A stretch of 64,000 bases of DNA from Candidatus Marinacidobacterales bacterium (GTDB taxonomy: Bacteria; Acidobacteriota; Vicinamibacteria; Marinacidobacterales; DATDRI01): NCBI GenBank assembly GCA_965219415.1, contig OZ244742.1, forward strand, positions 800,001-864,000. The letters are read 5' to 3'. The notes beneath the pieces are model-generated. The model saw nothing but the letters and a program-made list of their open reading frames with translations. It did not search any database and was not told the origin of the DNA. The number at the start of each line of letters is the position of its first letter. The first letter of the stretch is position 1. The position numbers were made by a program, and so were the translations under genes. Positions 9,540 through 19,781 of the stretch are shown one piece after another.

Positions 9540-9575
9540 GGGATGTTAACGGGACGTTAGCATTCGATTACAGAA
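9540..9575 (-). promoter_or_regulatory. Candidate Pho-box-like 11-bp periodic repeats
   Basis: Minus strand TGTAATCGAAT-GCTAACGTCCC-GTTAACATCCC upstream of nptA-phoU. Confidence 0.4.
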
Positions 9576-9612
9576 AGTTGTGCTAGCACCGGCCCTCGCA
9601 CGGCCGCCGGCT

Positions 9613-10242
9613 CTAGGTTTTGATTACCGCGTCCACACCATCCGTTGCCTCGATCTCACCTTCGGAAAAATTCTGGGTCTGGAAAACGAAGACCTCGAGC
9701 CGTCCCGTCCGCCAAGCGGAGTCCGACAATCCGGCTTTCCGACAAACGCCATTTAGAAAACCCTCTCGGTCCCAGCCTTGCTCGGGAGCGACCTGCGGAA
9801 GCAAAAGGCCCCGGCGTTCCGAATCGACGACGAGCAGACCGTCCCGCCCGACGACGATATTCTCGAGGTTATCGACCTTCTCCAGGGGAGAAAGCACGGA
9901 AATCGATATTCTCAGTTCCGATAGCTCGCTGCGCCCCACCGGTTGGAAGCGGAAATCCTCGCTGGCAGCCGATCGCGCGCAACGGGAGATCATTTGATGG
10001 AGAGGATAGAGTGGCTCGCTGTATCCCACGCACCCGCGCAGGACACCCTCAAGGGTGAGGGTAACGAAGGCGGCGGCTGGTTTTTCGAGCGCAGAATCTG
10101 TCAGCCGGTAGGACGCCTCGGCCCCATCGTCCAGGAACTCCTCGAGAGTCCAGCGCGCTATGTTCAAGAGTGCTCGGCGCTGAACGGAACTCAAGCTCGG
10201 GTGTGCATCCTCGTCTCGCACCGCTGTGGTTCCTAACCGCAA
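9613..10242 (-). CDS. amrA: AmmeMemoRadiSam system protein A (AMMECR1 domain)
   Basis: AFVTL..LRGCVG, DFRF, GLLLPQV and CRKAGL motifs. Confidence 0.92.
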   Translation of the reverse strand: MRLGTTAVRDEDAHPSLSSVQRRALLNIARWTLEEFLDDGAEASYRLTDSALEKPAAAFVTLTLEGVLRGCVGYSEPLYPLHQMISRCARSAASEDFRFQPVGRSELSELRISISVLSPLEKVDNLENIVVGRDGLLVVDSERRGLLLPQVAPEQGWDREGFLNGVCRKAGLSDSAWRTGRLEVFVFQTQNFSEGEIEATDGVDAVIKT

Positions 10243-11096
10243 ACCGCCGCCGACAGATAGCCGACCACCTCCGATCTGTCGCCGCTGACGTCTCCCGAGT
10301 CGCCATACCTCAGTATCTGTGCCGATCGACCACCGAGAGCACGAGCCGCTCGCATCACGGCGACCAGTGGCCCGCCGCCACAGGCATGCTCGTGAGTCGT
10401 CTCCAGAAGCTCCATGAGTCCATCCGGATCGAACGCATCGACGAGGGCGGACACCTTTCCATCCATCACCTTCGCAACCTCTGCGGATTTGTAGTGGGAT
10501 AGATCTGAACTCGCGATCAAGAGTGGTTGCCTGCCGCCGCCGGCTAGAGTCCCGGAAATGGCATCGGCAACGGCTTCGACGTTCTGACGACGTTGATCTC
10601 CCATGATGATCGGAACGATCTTCATCTCGGGGTTCAGAACCTGTAGGAAGGGTAACTGCATCTCGAGGCAGTGCTCTTGATCATGAGCCTCGAAGAATAC
10701 GCGCATACAGGGGCTGCTTTCATGAACCGCCCCGGCAAGTTCTTCGTCTATCTGAATGCGCCCGAGAGGCGTTTCGAAGGCACCGCGATCATAAACAGAT
10801 GCGCCCTGAAAGTAGACGTGGTGGGACGGGCCCAACAGAAGCACGGTATCGAAAGGTCTCTGCTCCAAGAGGCGATAACCGGCAGCGGCTACTCCGCCCG
10901 AGTATCGCAAGCCCGCATGAGGACTAAGAAGGGCAACGAGCTCTCCGTCGAGATCGACCGGCTCGACCGCCTCCAAGAGGTCGCGCACCGCGCGCTCGAG
11001 GGTATCGGGCTGGCCGGGATACCAGGTACCGGCGATCGGTGATGATCGAACCCGAGAGCCGGAGAGCTTGCTATCCTCCATTGTGGGGCTCGGCAA
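10233..11096 (-). CDS. amrB: AmmeMemoRadiSam system protein B (MEMO1 family)
   Basis: AGTWYP, PHAG, GPSHH, EHCLEMQLPFLQ, SSDLSHY and ACG motifs. Confidence 0.93.
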   Translation of the reverse strand: MPSPTMEDSKLSGSRVRSSPIAGTWYPGQPDTLERAVRDLLEAVEPVDLDGELVALLSPHAGLRYSGGVAAAGYRLLEQRPFDTVLLLGPSHHVYFQGASVYDRGAFETPLGRIQIDEELAGAVHESSPCMRVFFEAHDQEHCLEMQLPFLQVLNPEMKIVPIIMGDQRRQNVEAVADAISGTLAGGGRQPLLIASSDLSHYKSAEVAKVMDGKVSALVDAFDPDGLMELLETTHEHACGGGPLVAVMRAARALGGRSAQILRYGDSGDVSGDRSEVVGYLSAAVCG

Positions 11097-11184
11097 TTCT
11101 GAGAGTCAATTCACTTATTAGTGATCTGCGGAGGGTTGTTTGTCAAAACCGTCCTCCGGGAGCACACACCGCTCGAGAGAACGG

Positions 11185-11826
11185 CTAAAGATTGGGCTCG
11201 ACAGCCTCTTCAGAGGGGGCTCGAAGTCTTTTCTTGAGCGTCGTCACCACGAGGTAAATCACGATGCAAGCTAAGGTGGCGGCACACGCAACCATGGCTA
11301 CCTGCATGTAGTTATCGTGCAAGTAGGCCATGGCTCGATCGCCGTACCGCACCGCGAGCCACGCTTCGAAAGAGTACCGGAAACCGCGCCCCAGAAGGAT
11401 GGCGACGAGAAATCTGCCGAACGGAATCTTGAAGACCCCTGCGGACAAAACGAAGATCTTGAACGGGAAGGGCGGCGGGAGAAGAGCGGGCCCGATGAGC
11501 GCAAACATACCGTAGCGCCGAAAAACACCCAGCGCTGAGTTGAGCCTCTCTTGCGAGTAGCGCTTTGATAAGAATCCATAGCCTTTCGATCTCCCCAGCC
11601 AATAGAGCACCGTGCAGCCGGCCGCCGAGCCGAGCGCAGCCATGATCGCGTAGTAAAGCGCGTATTCTTTGAAGCGCACGCAAAAATAGATAATGAGGAG
11701 ATCATGGATCTCGGGTAGCGAGATGAACGAAGAGTCGAAAAACGCTATGAAAAAGAGGCCGGCTCCGGCCCCAATGCTACCGAGTCCAACGACCGACGCG
11801 CGAAGATAATCGGCTATATTTTGCAT
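11185..11826 (-). CDS. YqaA/VTT (DedA-like) membrane protein
   Basis: FFDSSF, ALGSAAG, LLPPPFPFKIFVLSAG and GRGFRY motifs. Confidence 0.88.
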   Translation of the reverse strand: MQNIADYLRASVVGLGSIGAGAGLFFIAFFDSSFISLPEIHDLLIIYFCVRFKEYALYYAIMAALGSAAGCTVLYWLGRSKGYGFLSKRYSQERLNSALGVFRRYGMFALIGPALLPPPFPFKIFVLSAGVFKIPFGRFLVAILLGRGFRYSFEAWLAVRYGDRAMAYLHDNYMQVAMVACAATLACIVIYLVVTTLKKRLRAPSEEAVEPNL

Positions 11827-11840
11827 GAGAAGTGAAGATC

Positions 11841-11905
11841 AGACGGGTTTACGGGATGAACAGGATAGAGGTCCTTATATCTCGTCAATCCTGTGTATCC
11901 CGCCC
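11841..11905. repeat. Degenerate GACAGGAT.../ATCCTGT-type palindromic intergenic repeat
   Basis: GACGGGTTTACGGGATGAACAGGAT ... AATCCTGTGTATCCCGCC imperfect inverted repeat. Confidence 0.5.
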
Positions 11906-11998
11906 ACCAAAAAACAGTGATTGCGTTTCTCCTGGTGCACAATAAAAGGCGCAGCGCTCGCGCGCTGCGCCATAAGACGCATGGAGTGACAACTCGTC

Positions 11999-13612
11999 CT
12001 AGTCGAGCTGCACCGGAATCCAAAGGAAGCTCGACTGCCCCCGAGCGACGCGCTCTACTCGAAGCAAGAGGTCGCCGCCTGTATCAACTTGTGTTATCTC
12101 CCGTTCCAAGTCATCGACGTTGGCGACCGGCTCGCGGTTCGCCTCGAGGATAATATCTCCGCGCCGGAGTCCGGCATCCGCTGCCGGCCCCGCCGGATCG
12201 ATCCCGAGAATCGCCACGCCGGCTCGTGTTGACGTGCCCAGCTGTGAGGCTAGCTGGGGCGTGAGGTCCTGGACCGAAACCCCGAGTCGGCCACGCTCGG
12301 TTTCTTCACTTTGCTCGGTGTGGGCGGCGAGATTCTTGGCCCGCGTCCCCAGTGTGACGCTCGTGGCTTTCAGCTTGCCATCCCGATAAAATTTGATTCG
12401 GACCGCCTCTCCCGGGCGCACGTCGGCCACCATTCGCACGAGCCCGGTATCCGAGTCGACTTTTTTCCCGTCCAGCTCGACGATCACATCCCCCGCCTGA
12501 AGGCCTCCTTTAGCCGCAGGCGAGTCCTCTCCGAGAACTTCGCTAACCACGGCTCCTTTTTGGTCTTCCAATTTGAAGCTCCGCGCCAGCTCGGGCGTTA
12601 GCTTCTGGATTCCCACGCCCAGCCACCCGCGAGTAACGGAGCCATGCTCGACGAGTTGATCGTAAATCTTGCGGCCCAGGTTCGAGGGAATGGCGAATCC
12701 AATCCCCATGCTGCCGCCGCTAGCGGAGATTATGTTGGAGTTGATTCCGACCACTTGCCCCTTCATGTTGACGAGGGGCCCTCCGGAGTTACCGGGGTTG
12801 ATCGCGGCATCGGTCTGGATGAAGTCGTCGTAGGATCCCCGTTGGATCATTCTTTCCTTGGCGCTCACGATGCCGGCGGTGACCGTGTGGCCGAAACCAA
12901 AGGGATTACCGATCGCCAGCACCCACTCCCCGACCACGAGCTCGTTCGAGTCGCCGAGCAAGGCGAAGGGGAACTCTTCATCCGACTCAATCCGAATGAC
13001 CGCTAGATCCGTCTCTGGGTCAGCCCCCACCACTTCCGCCGCAAAACTGCTTTCATCGGAAAGCTGCACTTCGATCTCGTCAGCCTTCTCGACCACGTGA
13101 TTGTTGGTCAATATGTAACCACGCGAATCCACGATCACACCGGACCCTAGGCTACGGCGCCGCCGCTCACCCTGAGGTCCGCCGAAGAAACGCTCGAAGA
13201 GGTCATCGAACGGTCCTCCCAGCCCCGGTTGTTCGAAGGGTGAATCCGACAGGACCTTTTCCGTCGAGATATTCACCACCGCCGGCTTTACGCTGGCGGA
13301 GACGCCGACAAAGACACGCGACAGCGCTTCGGGGTCGGGAAGCTTGTCTTCATCGGCGGGAATCGAAGCTCGTTCCGGTATGGCGGCTATGGTCGGTATG
13401 GAAAGCGCCGGTCCCGGTCCTCTCTCGCCCTCAGGCTCGAGAGAAGCAGCAGGGATCGGTCCTTGGTCGGCCGGGCCCTTCGCCAACGGCCCGGAGACCC
13501 CCAGGGCAATCGACAGTCCCAAAGCGACGGCCCCCGCACCAGCAGCCAGCGCAAAAAACCGACCCCACCTAAGGGTCCGGCGAACAACCGGCCCGTCTGG
13601 ATTGAAGTTCAT
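11999..13612 (-). CDS. DegQ/HtrA serine protease with two PDZ domains
   Basis: LGSGVI, TNNHVV, TDLAV and AINPGNSGGPL motifs. Start chosen at the ATG after an AGGAG RBS. Confidence 0.95.
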   Translation of the reverse strand: MNFNPDGPVVRRTLRWGRFFALAAGAGAVALGLSIALGVSGPLAKGPADQGPIPAASLEPEGERGPGPALSIPTIAAIPERASIPADEDKLPDPEALSRVFVGVSASVKPAVVNISTEKVLSDSPFEQPGLGGPFDDLFERFFGGPQGERRRRSLGSGVIVDSRGYILTNNHVVEKADEIEVQLSDESSFAAEVVGADPETDLAVIRIESDEEFPFALLGDSNELVVGEWVLAIGNPFGFGHTVTAGIVSAKERMIQRGSYDDFIQTDAAINPGNSGGPLVNMKGQVVGINSNIISASGGSMGIGFAIPSNLGRKIYDQLVEHGSVTRGWLGVGIQKLTPELARSFKLEDQKGAVVSEVLGEDSPAAKGGLQAGDVIVELDGKKVDSDTGLVRMVADVRPGEAVRIKFYRDGKLKATSVTLGTRAKNLAAHTEQSEETERGRLGVSVQDLTPQLASQLGTSTRAGVAILGIDPAGPAADAGLRRGDIILEANREPVANVDDLEREITQVDTGGDLLLRVERVARGQSSFLWIPVQLD

Positions 13613-13718
13613 TTTCAGTCTCACTCCTAGTAGATCTTCTGGCCGGCCCCACCGGGCCAAGCTGACCATACCATTATAGCAGTGCTGAGCTCCCGAGGCC
13701 TGGTGGGCCACCGGACGG

Positions 13719-14381
13719 TCAGAATCGAAAAGTGAGCCCGAAGGTCAACTGAGTTGCGTCTAGATCGAGGTCGCCGAAACTCGCAAAGTCGCCGCCAAGC
13801 TCGGCGCGGACGAAATGGCGCCGGAGCTCCCCGAAGACCAAAAAACCCGGGGAGAGCGACGCCTCGAGACCCGCCGCCGCGTAGAGACCAGCCGCTACTC
13901 CGCGGTCATAAAAGACGGCTCCAAAGATCTCGGAAGTCGTGAAGTCGATGAACTCACCCTCTTCTCGGTACTCGTATACGTACAGACCAAGCCCACCCGC
14001 AACGTAGGGCAGCAGCACGTGGAACTTCCCGGCTGGAAAAAAGCGAGCCCCAACCGTAACCGGCGCCACCCGTAACCGTACATCCTGGACGACCTCACTG
14101 CCGTCGTCGCGCACGAAATCCCGATAGCGGGAGGCCACCGTGCGGCTGTAGCCATCCACGCCCATTGCAACGTCCACGTATTCGTTTAGCTCGAAATCGA
14201 ACTCAACTCCCGCGAACAGCGAGTTGAAATCGGTCACGGCGTAATCGAAGGTCTCTACGTTCTCCGCCCAGAGTCGACTATCGCCCCGCGGTGAAAACAA
14301 ACCGAGTCGGATGGAAAACGAGTCCGCCTCGGTGGGAGCGGTCACCAACAAGACGCCAAGGATCAACGCAGCGGTTCTCAT
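13719..14381 (-). CDS. Outer membrane beta-barrel protein
   Basis: Signal peptide, PYVAGGLG, alternating beta strands and terminal TFRF. Confidence 0.8.
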   Translation of the reverse strand: MRTAALILGVLLVTAPTEADSFSIRLGLFSPRGDSRLWAENVETFDYAVTDFNSLFAGVEFDFELNEYVDVAMGVDGYSRTVASRYRDFVRDDGSEVVQDVRLRVAPVTVGARFFPAGKFHVLLPYVAGGLGLYVYEYREEGEFIDFTTSEIFGAVFYDRGVAAGLYAAAGLEASLSPGFLVFGELRRHFVRAELGGDFASFGDLDLDATQLTFGLTFRF

Positions 14382-14437
14382 GAAGTCCCCCTTTGCTTTG
14401 CGATTCCGGGGACTCCTACGATGCTCCTTGGAGTGAT

Positions 14438-14453
14438 TGCAGAACGTATGCCA
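14438..14453 (-). promoter_or_regulatory. Candidate sigma54 promoter of the beta-barrel gene
   Basis: TGGCATACGTTCTGCA, which fits GG-N10-GC. Confidence 0.55.
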
Positions 14454-14558
14454 ACCTCGCCAAGCGACCGGCAGGCACGGCGGGCCTTACTTTGGGGACA
14501 ATTCGCGTATGCGACGAGCTAGGGGCTTAAGACAGGTGTCCTCAAAATCGGATAGGTG

Positions 14559-15338
14559 TCACCGAGTAGCGGAGTCTTTGAGTACGCGCAACATCTCTCG
14601 GTGTAGGACACCGTTCGAAGCAAGCGCTTGCTTCCCGTGACAACTGAAAGCCTCTCCCGAGAAATCGCTCACTCGACCTCCAGACTCGGTAAGGATGATC
14701 GAGCCCGCCGCGGTGTCCCAAGGCCCAAGCTTCTCTTCCCAGAATCCATCGTATCGACCGGCCGCGACATAGCACATGTCCAAGGCCGCCGAGCCATCCC
14801 TACGGATGGCTCGCACTTCCGCCATAAAGCGAGTGAACAGTCGCAAATTGCCGGAGACATCTTCGAGCAGGTCGTACGGGAAACCGGTGACCACCAACGC
14901 ATTGCGAAGCTCATGCGTACGAGAAACCTGGAGACGTCTTCCGTTCAGGAACGCGCCACCACCCTTCTCGGCGACGAACAGCTCCTCGCGCGTGGGGTCG
15001 TAAACGACTCCGGCTCGTATCGCACCGGCCTCTTCGTAGCCAATCGACACCGCGAAGACCGGATAGCCGTGAGCGAAGTTAGTCGTCCCGTCCAGGGGGT
15101 CCACGATGAATCGCTGGTCGCTCGTACCCTCGCTCTCGCCGCTTTCTTCAGCGAGGATCGCAACCCCCGGCACGCGTTTCCTGAGGATGGAAACGACGGT
15201 TAGCTCCGACTGAGTGTCCGCCTCGGTGACGAGATTGAGATCTCCTTTGAACGAGATTTCGAACGTGCCTCCATAGAAGCCACGGATCACCTCGCCCCCG
15301 GCGAGCGCGGCCTCGATCGCGGCGGCTACCGCTCTCAT
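14559..15338 (-). CDS. suhB: Inositol monophosphatase family protein
   Basis: LVTEAD, AEES, DPLDGTTNF, GSAALD and WDTAAG motifs. Confidence 0.92.
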   Translation of the reverse strand: MRAVAAAIEAALAGGEVIRGFYGGTFEISFKGDLNLVTEADTQSELTVVSILRKRVPGVAILAEESGESEGTSDQRFIVDPLDGTTNFAHGYPVFAVSIGYEEAGAIRAGVVYDPTREELFVAEKGGGAFLNGRRLQVSRTHELRNALVVTGFPYDLLEDVSGNLRLFTRFMAEVRAIRRDGSAALDMCYVAAGRYDGFWEEKLGPWDTAAGSIILTESGGRVSDFSGEAFSCHGKQALASNGVLHREMLRVLKDSATR

Positions 15339-15427
15339 TGCGGCGTTCGACCCCTGCTGGGCCCGCTGGGCCTGCTCGATATGACAGGCAGGTTGGTCAA
15401 CATGGATTGTCATTATAATGCGTTCCG

Positions 15428-16995
15428 ATGCGCCTTACCGTGGCTCTTATTGTCCTCGGAGCCGTTTCCTTCTTTTATCGCCTCGGAGGCGTGGGCCTTG
15501 TCGGCCCCGATGAATCTCGCTACGCCGAGGTGTCGCGAGGAATGTTGGAACGAGGCGATTGGGTAACTCCGGAGCTTCGCGGTGAGCCTTGGCTTCACAA
15601 GCCCCCTCTCTTCTACTGGGCCGCCGCCGCGAGCATGTGGACGTTGGGAGAGACGGAGGCCGCGGCGCGACTACCCTCGGCCCTCGCCGCCCTCGCTACC
15701 TGTCTATCGATCGGTTTTCTGGGGGCTCGGCTCTTCGGTTTTGCGAGCGGTATTCGATCGGCGGTTGTATTGGCAACCTCGCTCGGCATGGCGCTCTACG
15801 GGCGCGCGGCGATCATGGACTCGATTCTGACCTTTGCCCTGACGCTTGGGCTAGGAGCCTACCTGTTCCACGCGACGGTACAACCGGCACGACGATGGCT
15901 CGCCGTTGCCTACGCTGCGTTTGGAGCCTCCGTGCTCGCCAAAGGCCCGGTCGGCATCGTGCTTCCGATGCTCATCATCGTTCTCTTCGAGCTCCAGAGT
16001 CATCGCCGCCTGCTACCGAGACCTGGAAGCCTGCTAACATCCACCGCGTCGTTCCTGGTCGTGGTCGTCCCCTGGCACGTGGCGATCTTCAACGCGCAGG
16101 GTTGGGAATTCGTAGAGTCCTTCTTGTTTCAGCATAACCTCGATCGATTCCTGACCACTATCCACCGCCATGAGGGCCCTTTTTACTACTACCTTCCGAT
16201 TCTGGTTGTGGCTTTCGTCCCGTGGACCGCCTTCATTCCCGGCGCCGTCTCGAGTGCGTTTCGGAACAGAGATCCACGTCGTCTGTTTTTATTTTTGTGG
16301 ATTGCTGTTCCTTTGATCTTCTTCTCGCTTGCGGGCTCAAAGCTACCCGGATACATCTTGCCAATCCTTCCCCCCCTTCCCTTCTCGTCGGAACGTTCTG
16401 GAGCGACGAGTCCCGATCCCAAGAACCGGGATCCCGGTGGGTGGACCGGCCTCTCGTATTTCAGGTCGGGCTTTCTATTGCCCTTGGGGCAGCTGCGGTC
16501 TACGGCTTCTCCAGTCGACTCCCCGCGATCAACGAAGGCGGCTGGGTCTTGGGAGCTCTGGTGATCGTTCTCAGCGTCACGACGTACCTGCTTGGGCGGA
16601 GGCGCCCGCGCGTGGCGTTTTGGAGCCTGGTGGCGAGCTCGGCAACATTGACCCTCGCCCTTGTTCTTTATGTGGCTCCGTTGATGGAGCCTTACAAATC
16701 CCTCAGGATGCTCGCATCGAAAGGATTCGCGGAACTCGCCCCTCATGAACAAGTGATCTGCTACAAGAATTTCTATCCCCAAGCTCACTTCTACACGCAG
16801 GACCGCTTGGGAGAGATCTGGACCCTGGAGGAGTTTCGAATCCGTGTGGTGGAGTGGGGCCGAATCGTGACGTTAACCGAGCCTCATCGTTTCCAGGAGT
16901 TGGCAAACGACCCTTCTCTGCGCACCCGTGTCATCGCGGAGTGCGGAGGAAAGATCCTTGCTGAGGCCAGCCCGGCGGATGTTACGATGCCGTAA
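15428..16995 (+). CDS. ArnT-like GT-C glycosyltransferase with a frameshift near 16370
   Basis: DESRYA, KPPLFYW, LAKGP and SKLPGYILP motifs. ORFs 15428-16564 and 16222-16995 overlap around a poly-C run. Confidence 0.88.
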
Positions 16996-17053
16996 GGCAA
17001 GGTGAGCGTGAGTCCTTGACGGACCCATGCACCTTGACTATAGTCCCGACCCC

Positions 17054-17557
17054 ATGGCGAAGAAGAAAAAGGCAACCCCCACCCGCAAGCCCCCCCGCAA
17101 GGTGACGACGCGAGCGAGCGGTTCGCCTTCGGTGAAACCCAAGGCCAAGGCGGCAGCCAAAAAACCAACCCCCTCGCCACCCGCACCGTCTCCACCGCGT
17201 CCGCCGTCCCCACCACCCGACGCGTTGCCGACCGCATCGCCGACGACCCCTGAGGAAAGTTCCTCCGAGCTACATCCAGCGGTCCCGATGGTCGTTAGTC
17301 TGCTCGCCCCTGGCCTGGGACTCTTGCTGCTGAAGAATCGGGATCACGTAAAAGATGCGTTATTAATCTTCGGCGTTTGGTTCTCCTACCTTGCAGTCTC
17401 TTTGGTACTGACACTTTTCATCGTGGGCATCTGTTGTTGGCTACCTCTGCCGCTGTTGAACGTAGCCGCAGGGATTCATTCGTACGATGAAGCCACGTTG
17501 GAGCAAGGCGGTTCGCCTCTGCTCTTCCAAAAAGGCTTCCGCATTTTCAAGGACTAG
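17054..17557 (+). CDS. Membrane protein with a Lys/Pro-rich N-terminus
   Basis: MAKKKK..., proline tract, then hydrophobic segments SLLAPGLG and FIVGICC. Confidence 0.7.
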   Translation: MAKKKKATPTRKPPRKVTTRASGSPSVKPKAKAAAKKPTPSPPAPSPPRPPSPPPDALPTASPTTPEESSSELHPAVPMVVSLLAPGLGLLLLKNRDHVKDALLIFGVWFSYLAVSLVLTLFIVGICCWLPLPLLNVAAGIHSYDEATLEQGGSPLLFQKGFRIFKD

Positions 17558-17561
17558 AGTG

Positions 17562-17951
17562 ATGGCGGGCTTGGCCTACGCGGCGCTTTTTCAATTCATG
17601 GGCGTCTTCTGCCACCAAATGGCGGAGCGAAGTTGGTTCGCCTACGGCGTCCAGCTGCCGCTGTGTGTCCGGTGCACGGCGATCACGGTGGGGGCCTTGC
17701 TCGCTGCGGCCTACATCCTTACACGCCGGCCCATGCCTCGGATCGAGGTCTGCCTCCTCGGGGCTGCGCCCCTTGGCTTGGACATAGTCCTGCCGGCTTT
17801 GGGAGCGTACGAGGGGAGCAACGCTCTGCGGGCCTTGACCGGCCTTTGCTTCGGCTTCTTTGCCCCGATCGGGTCGCTGAGTTGGCTAGCGGCGCGGGGT
17901 GGGTCTAGTGCTAGTCTGCCTTCGCCGTCGAGATCTTCTTCACCATCTTGA
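17562..17951 (+). CDS. DUF2085-like membrane protein
   Basis: CHQMAERS, QLPLCVRCT and NALRALTG motifs. Confidence 0.82.
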   Translation: MAGLAYAALFQFMGVFCHQMAERSWFAYGVQLPLCVRCTAITVGALLAAAYILTRRPMPRIEVCLLGAAPLGLDIVLPALGAYEGSNALRALTGLCFGFFAPIGSLSWLAARGGSSASLPSPSRSSSPS

Positions 17952-18348
17952 CCTGTGTACCGCAATTGGGCGGGAAGCGGTACACGACTTCGTCCATGAA
18001 ATTCTTCATAAAAAAGATGCCCCTTCCATTGGCGCGAAGTAAGTTCTCCTCGGCCAAAGGGTCACGGAGCTTCTCCAGATCAAATCCCTCCCCTTCGTCC
18101 TCGACGTAAATCTGGAACTCCTGACCGTGCAGCTCGAAACGCACCACAACACGCTTCGTCGAGTCCATCTTGTTCCCGTGACGCACCGCGTTGGTCACCG
18201 ACTCACGGATAGCCACGCTCATCCAATGGGAGGAATCCTGATCGAAGCCGATTTGGGTGGAGATGGATTCGAAGACCGCCTGGACCAAATCCACCATCTC
18301 GAAACTACTCTGAATGTCGATTTGGACAACCTTGCTAGCGGACCCCAT
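17911..18348 (-). CDS. Anti-sigma factor/serine kinase (RsbW-like)
   Basis: ESVTNAVRHGN, DEGEGFD and GRGIFFMKNFMD motifs. Confidence 0.92.
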   Translation of the reverse strand: MGSASKVVQIDIQSSFEMVDLVQAVFESISTQIGFDQDSSHWMSVAIRESVTNAVRHGNKMDSTKRVVVRFELHGQEFQIYVEDEGEGFDLEKLRDPLAEENLLRANGRGIFFMKNFMDEVVYRFPPNCGTQVKMVKKISTAKAD

Positions 18349-18500
18349 TCAGTGTCTTCCTCGCGTCTCGATGAATCGGCCCGACCGGGGATTTACGGGG
18401 ACTGCCCCGGAAGATTCCGGACTTACTAACACAAAGCCGCCACTGCAATCAAGGCGGGCCCCAGGACTCGCCCCCTTAGACCAGGGCATGGTACCATTTC

Positions 18501-19781
18501 ATGATGAAGCAAGCAGCCGGGGTACGTTTGCAGGGTACCGTAGCGTTACCCGGCGACAAGTCGATTGCGCACCGGGCGGCGCTCTTCGCGTCGATCGCCC
18601 GAGGCAAGTCCGTCATCGAGCACTATCCCCCGGGCGGGGACTGCCAGCGCACACTTGACCTGCTCGAGGCTATCGGCGTCGCCGTGGAGCGGCAGCAGAA
18701 TCGAGTCTGTGTCTCAGGCAAGGGCTATTTCGGATTTCGTCCACCCTCTTCGAGCCTCTATGCGGGGAACTCGGGGACCACGCTCCGCATGGCCTGTGGC
18801 CTCCTCGCGCCCCAACCGTTCGACAGCCACTTGACCGGAGACGAAAGCTTGGAGCGCAGACCCATGCGGCGAGTCATCGATCCGTTGGAGCGGATGGGCG
18901 CGCGCATCGAGTCGACCCATGAGGGACGAGCGCCACTTCACATTCGCGGCGGCAGGAGCCTCAAAGGCCTGCTGTATCGGTCGCCGGTCGCAAGCGCTCA
19001 AGTAAAAACCGCCGTCCTCCTTGCGGGACTCCATGCGGAGGGCGATACCCGCGTTCAGGAGCCCCTTCCTTCTCGCAACCATACCGAGCTCGCGCTCATG
19101 AGGTTCGGAGTGCCCGTTGCCAACGATGAGGATGGCGTCCGCATCACCGGCGGAAGCGAGCTGCAATCGACAAGAATCAAGATTCCGGGCGATATCTCGT
19201 CCGCAGCCTTCTTCATCGTGGCGGCAGCGGTTTTTCCTGGCTCCAATCTCCTCGTGGCGGACGTCGGACTGAACCCGACGCGCACCGCCTTCATCGAAGT
19301 CCTCCATTCCATGGGAGCTCGGGTGACTATCGAGGAAGAGCACGAGCAAGACGGAGAAGTCATCGGCACCGTGCGCGTGGAAGGCGCGGAACTGGCCGGC
19401 GTAGAGGTACCTGCCGAACGCGTGCCCGGGCTCATCGACGAAATCCCGGCCCTCGCCGTTGCCGCTTCGTTCGCACACGGCGAAACGATCATTCGCGGAG
19501 CCTCGGAGCTCCGGGTCAAAGAGTCCGATCGGATACATGCTTTGGCGACGGGACTACGCGCCTTGAACGTCGAAGTGGAAGAACTGCCGGACGGGCTGCG
19601 CATCAGAGGGGGAAGTCCGATGCAGGCGGCCAGTCTTGACAGCTTCGATGATCACCGCATCGCGATGGCGTGGGGGATCGCATCACTCGGAGTCGACGGA
19701 GCATGCCAGATCAAGGGAAAAAGCGCGGCGAGCGTTTCCTTCCCGGAGTTCTGGGAGACTTTGGACCAAGCGATTGCATGA
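18501..19781 (+). CDS. aroA: 3-phosphoshikimate 1-carboxyvinyltransferase
   Basis: PGDKSI, GNSGTT, SAQVK, KESDRI and DHRIAM motifs. Confidence 0.97.
   Translation: MMKQAAGVRLQGTVALPGDKSIAHRAALFASIARGKSVIEHYPPGGDCQRTLDLLEAIGVAVERQQNRVCVSGKGYFGFRPPSSSLYAGNSGTTLRMACGLLAPQPFDSHLTGDESLERRPMRRVIDPLERMGARIESTHEGRAPLHIRGGRSLKGLLYRSPVASAQVKTAVLLAGLHAEGDTRVQEPLPSRNHTELALMRFGVPVANDEDGVRITGGSELQSTRIKIPGDISSAAFFIVAAAVFPGSNLLVADVGLNPTRTAFIEVLHSMGARVTIEEEHEQDGEVIGTVRVEGAELAGVEVPAERVPGLIDEIPALAVAASFAHGETIIRGASELRVKESDRIHALATGLRALNVEVEELPDGLRIRGGSPMQAASLDSFDDHRIAMAWGIASLGVDGACQIKGKSAASVSFPEFWETLDQAIA

Noticed and set aside
9613-11096. amrA-amrB without the radical SAM partner as a novel system
   Set aside because: The third gene is often unlinked, so its absence from this window is uninformative.
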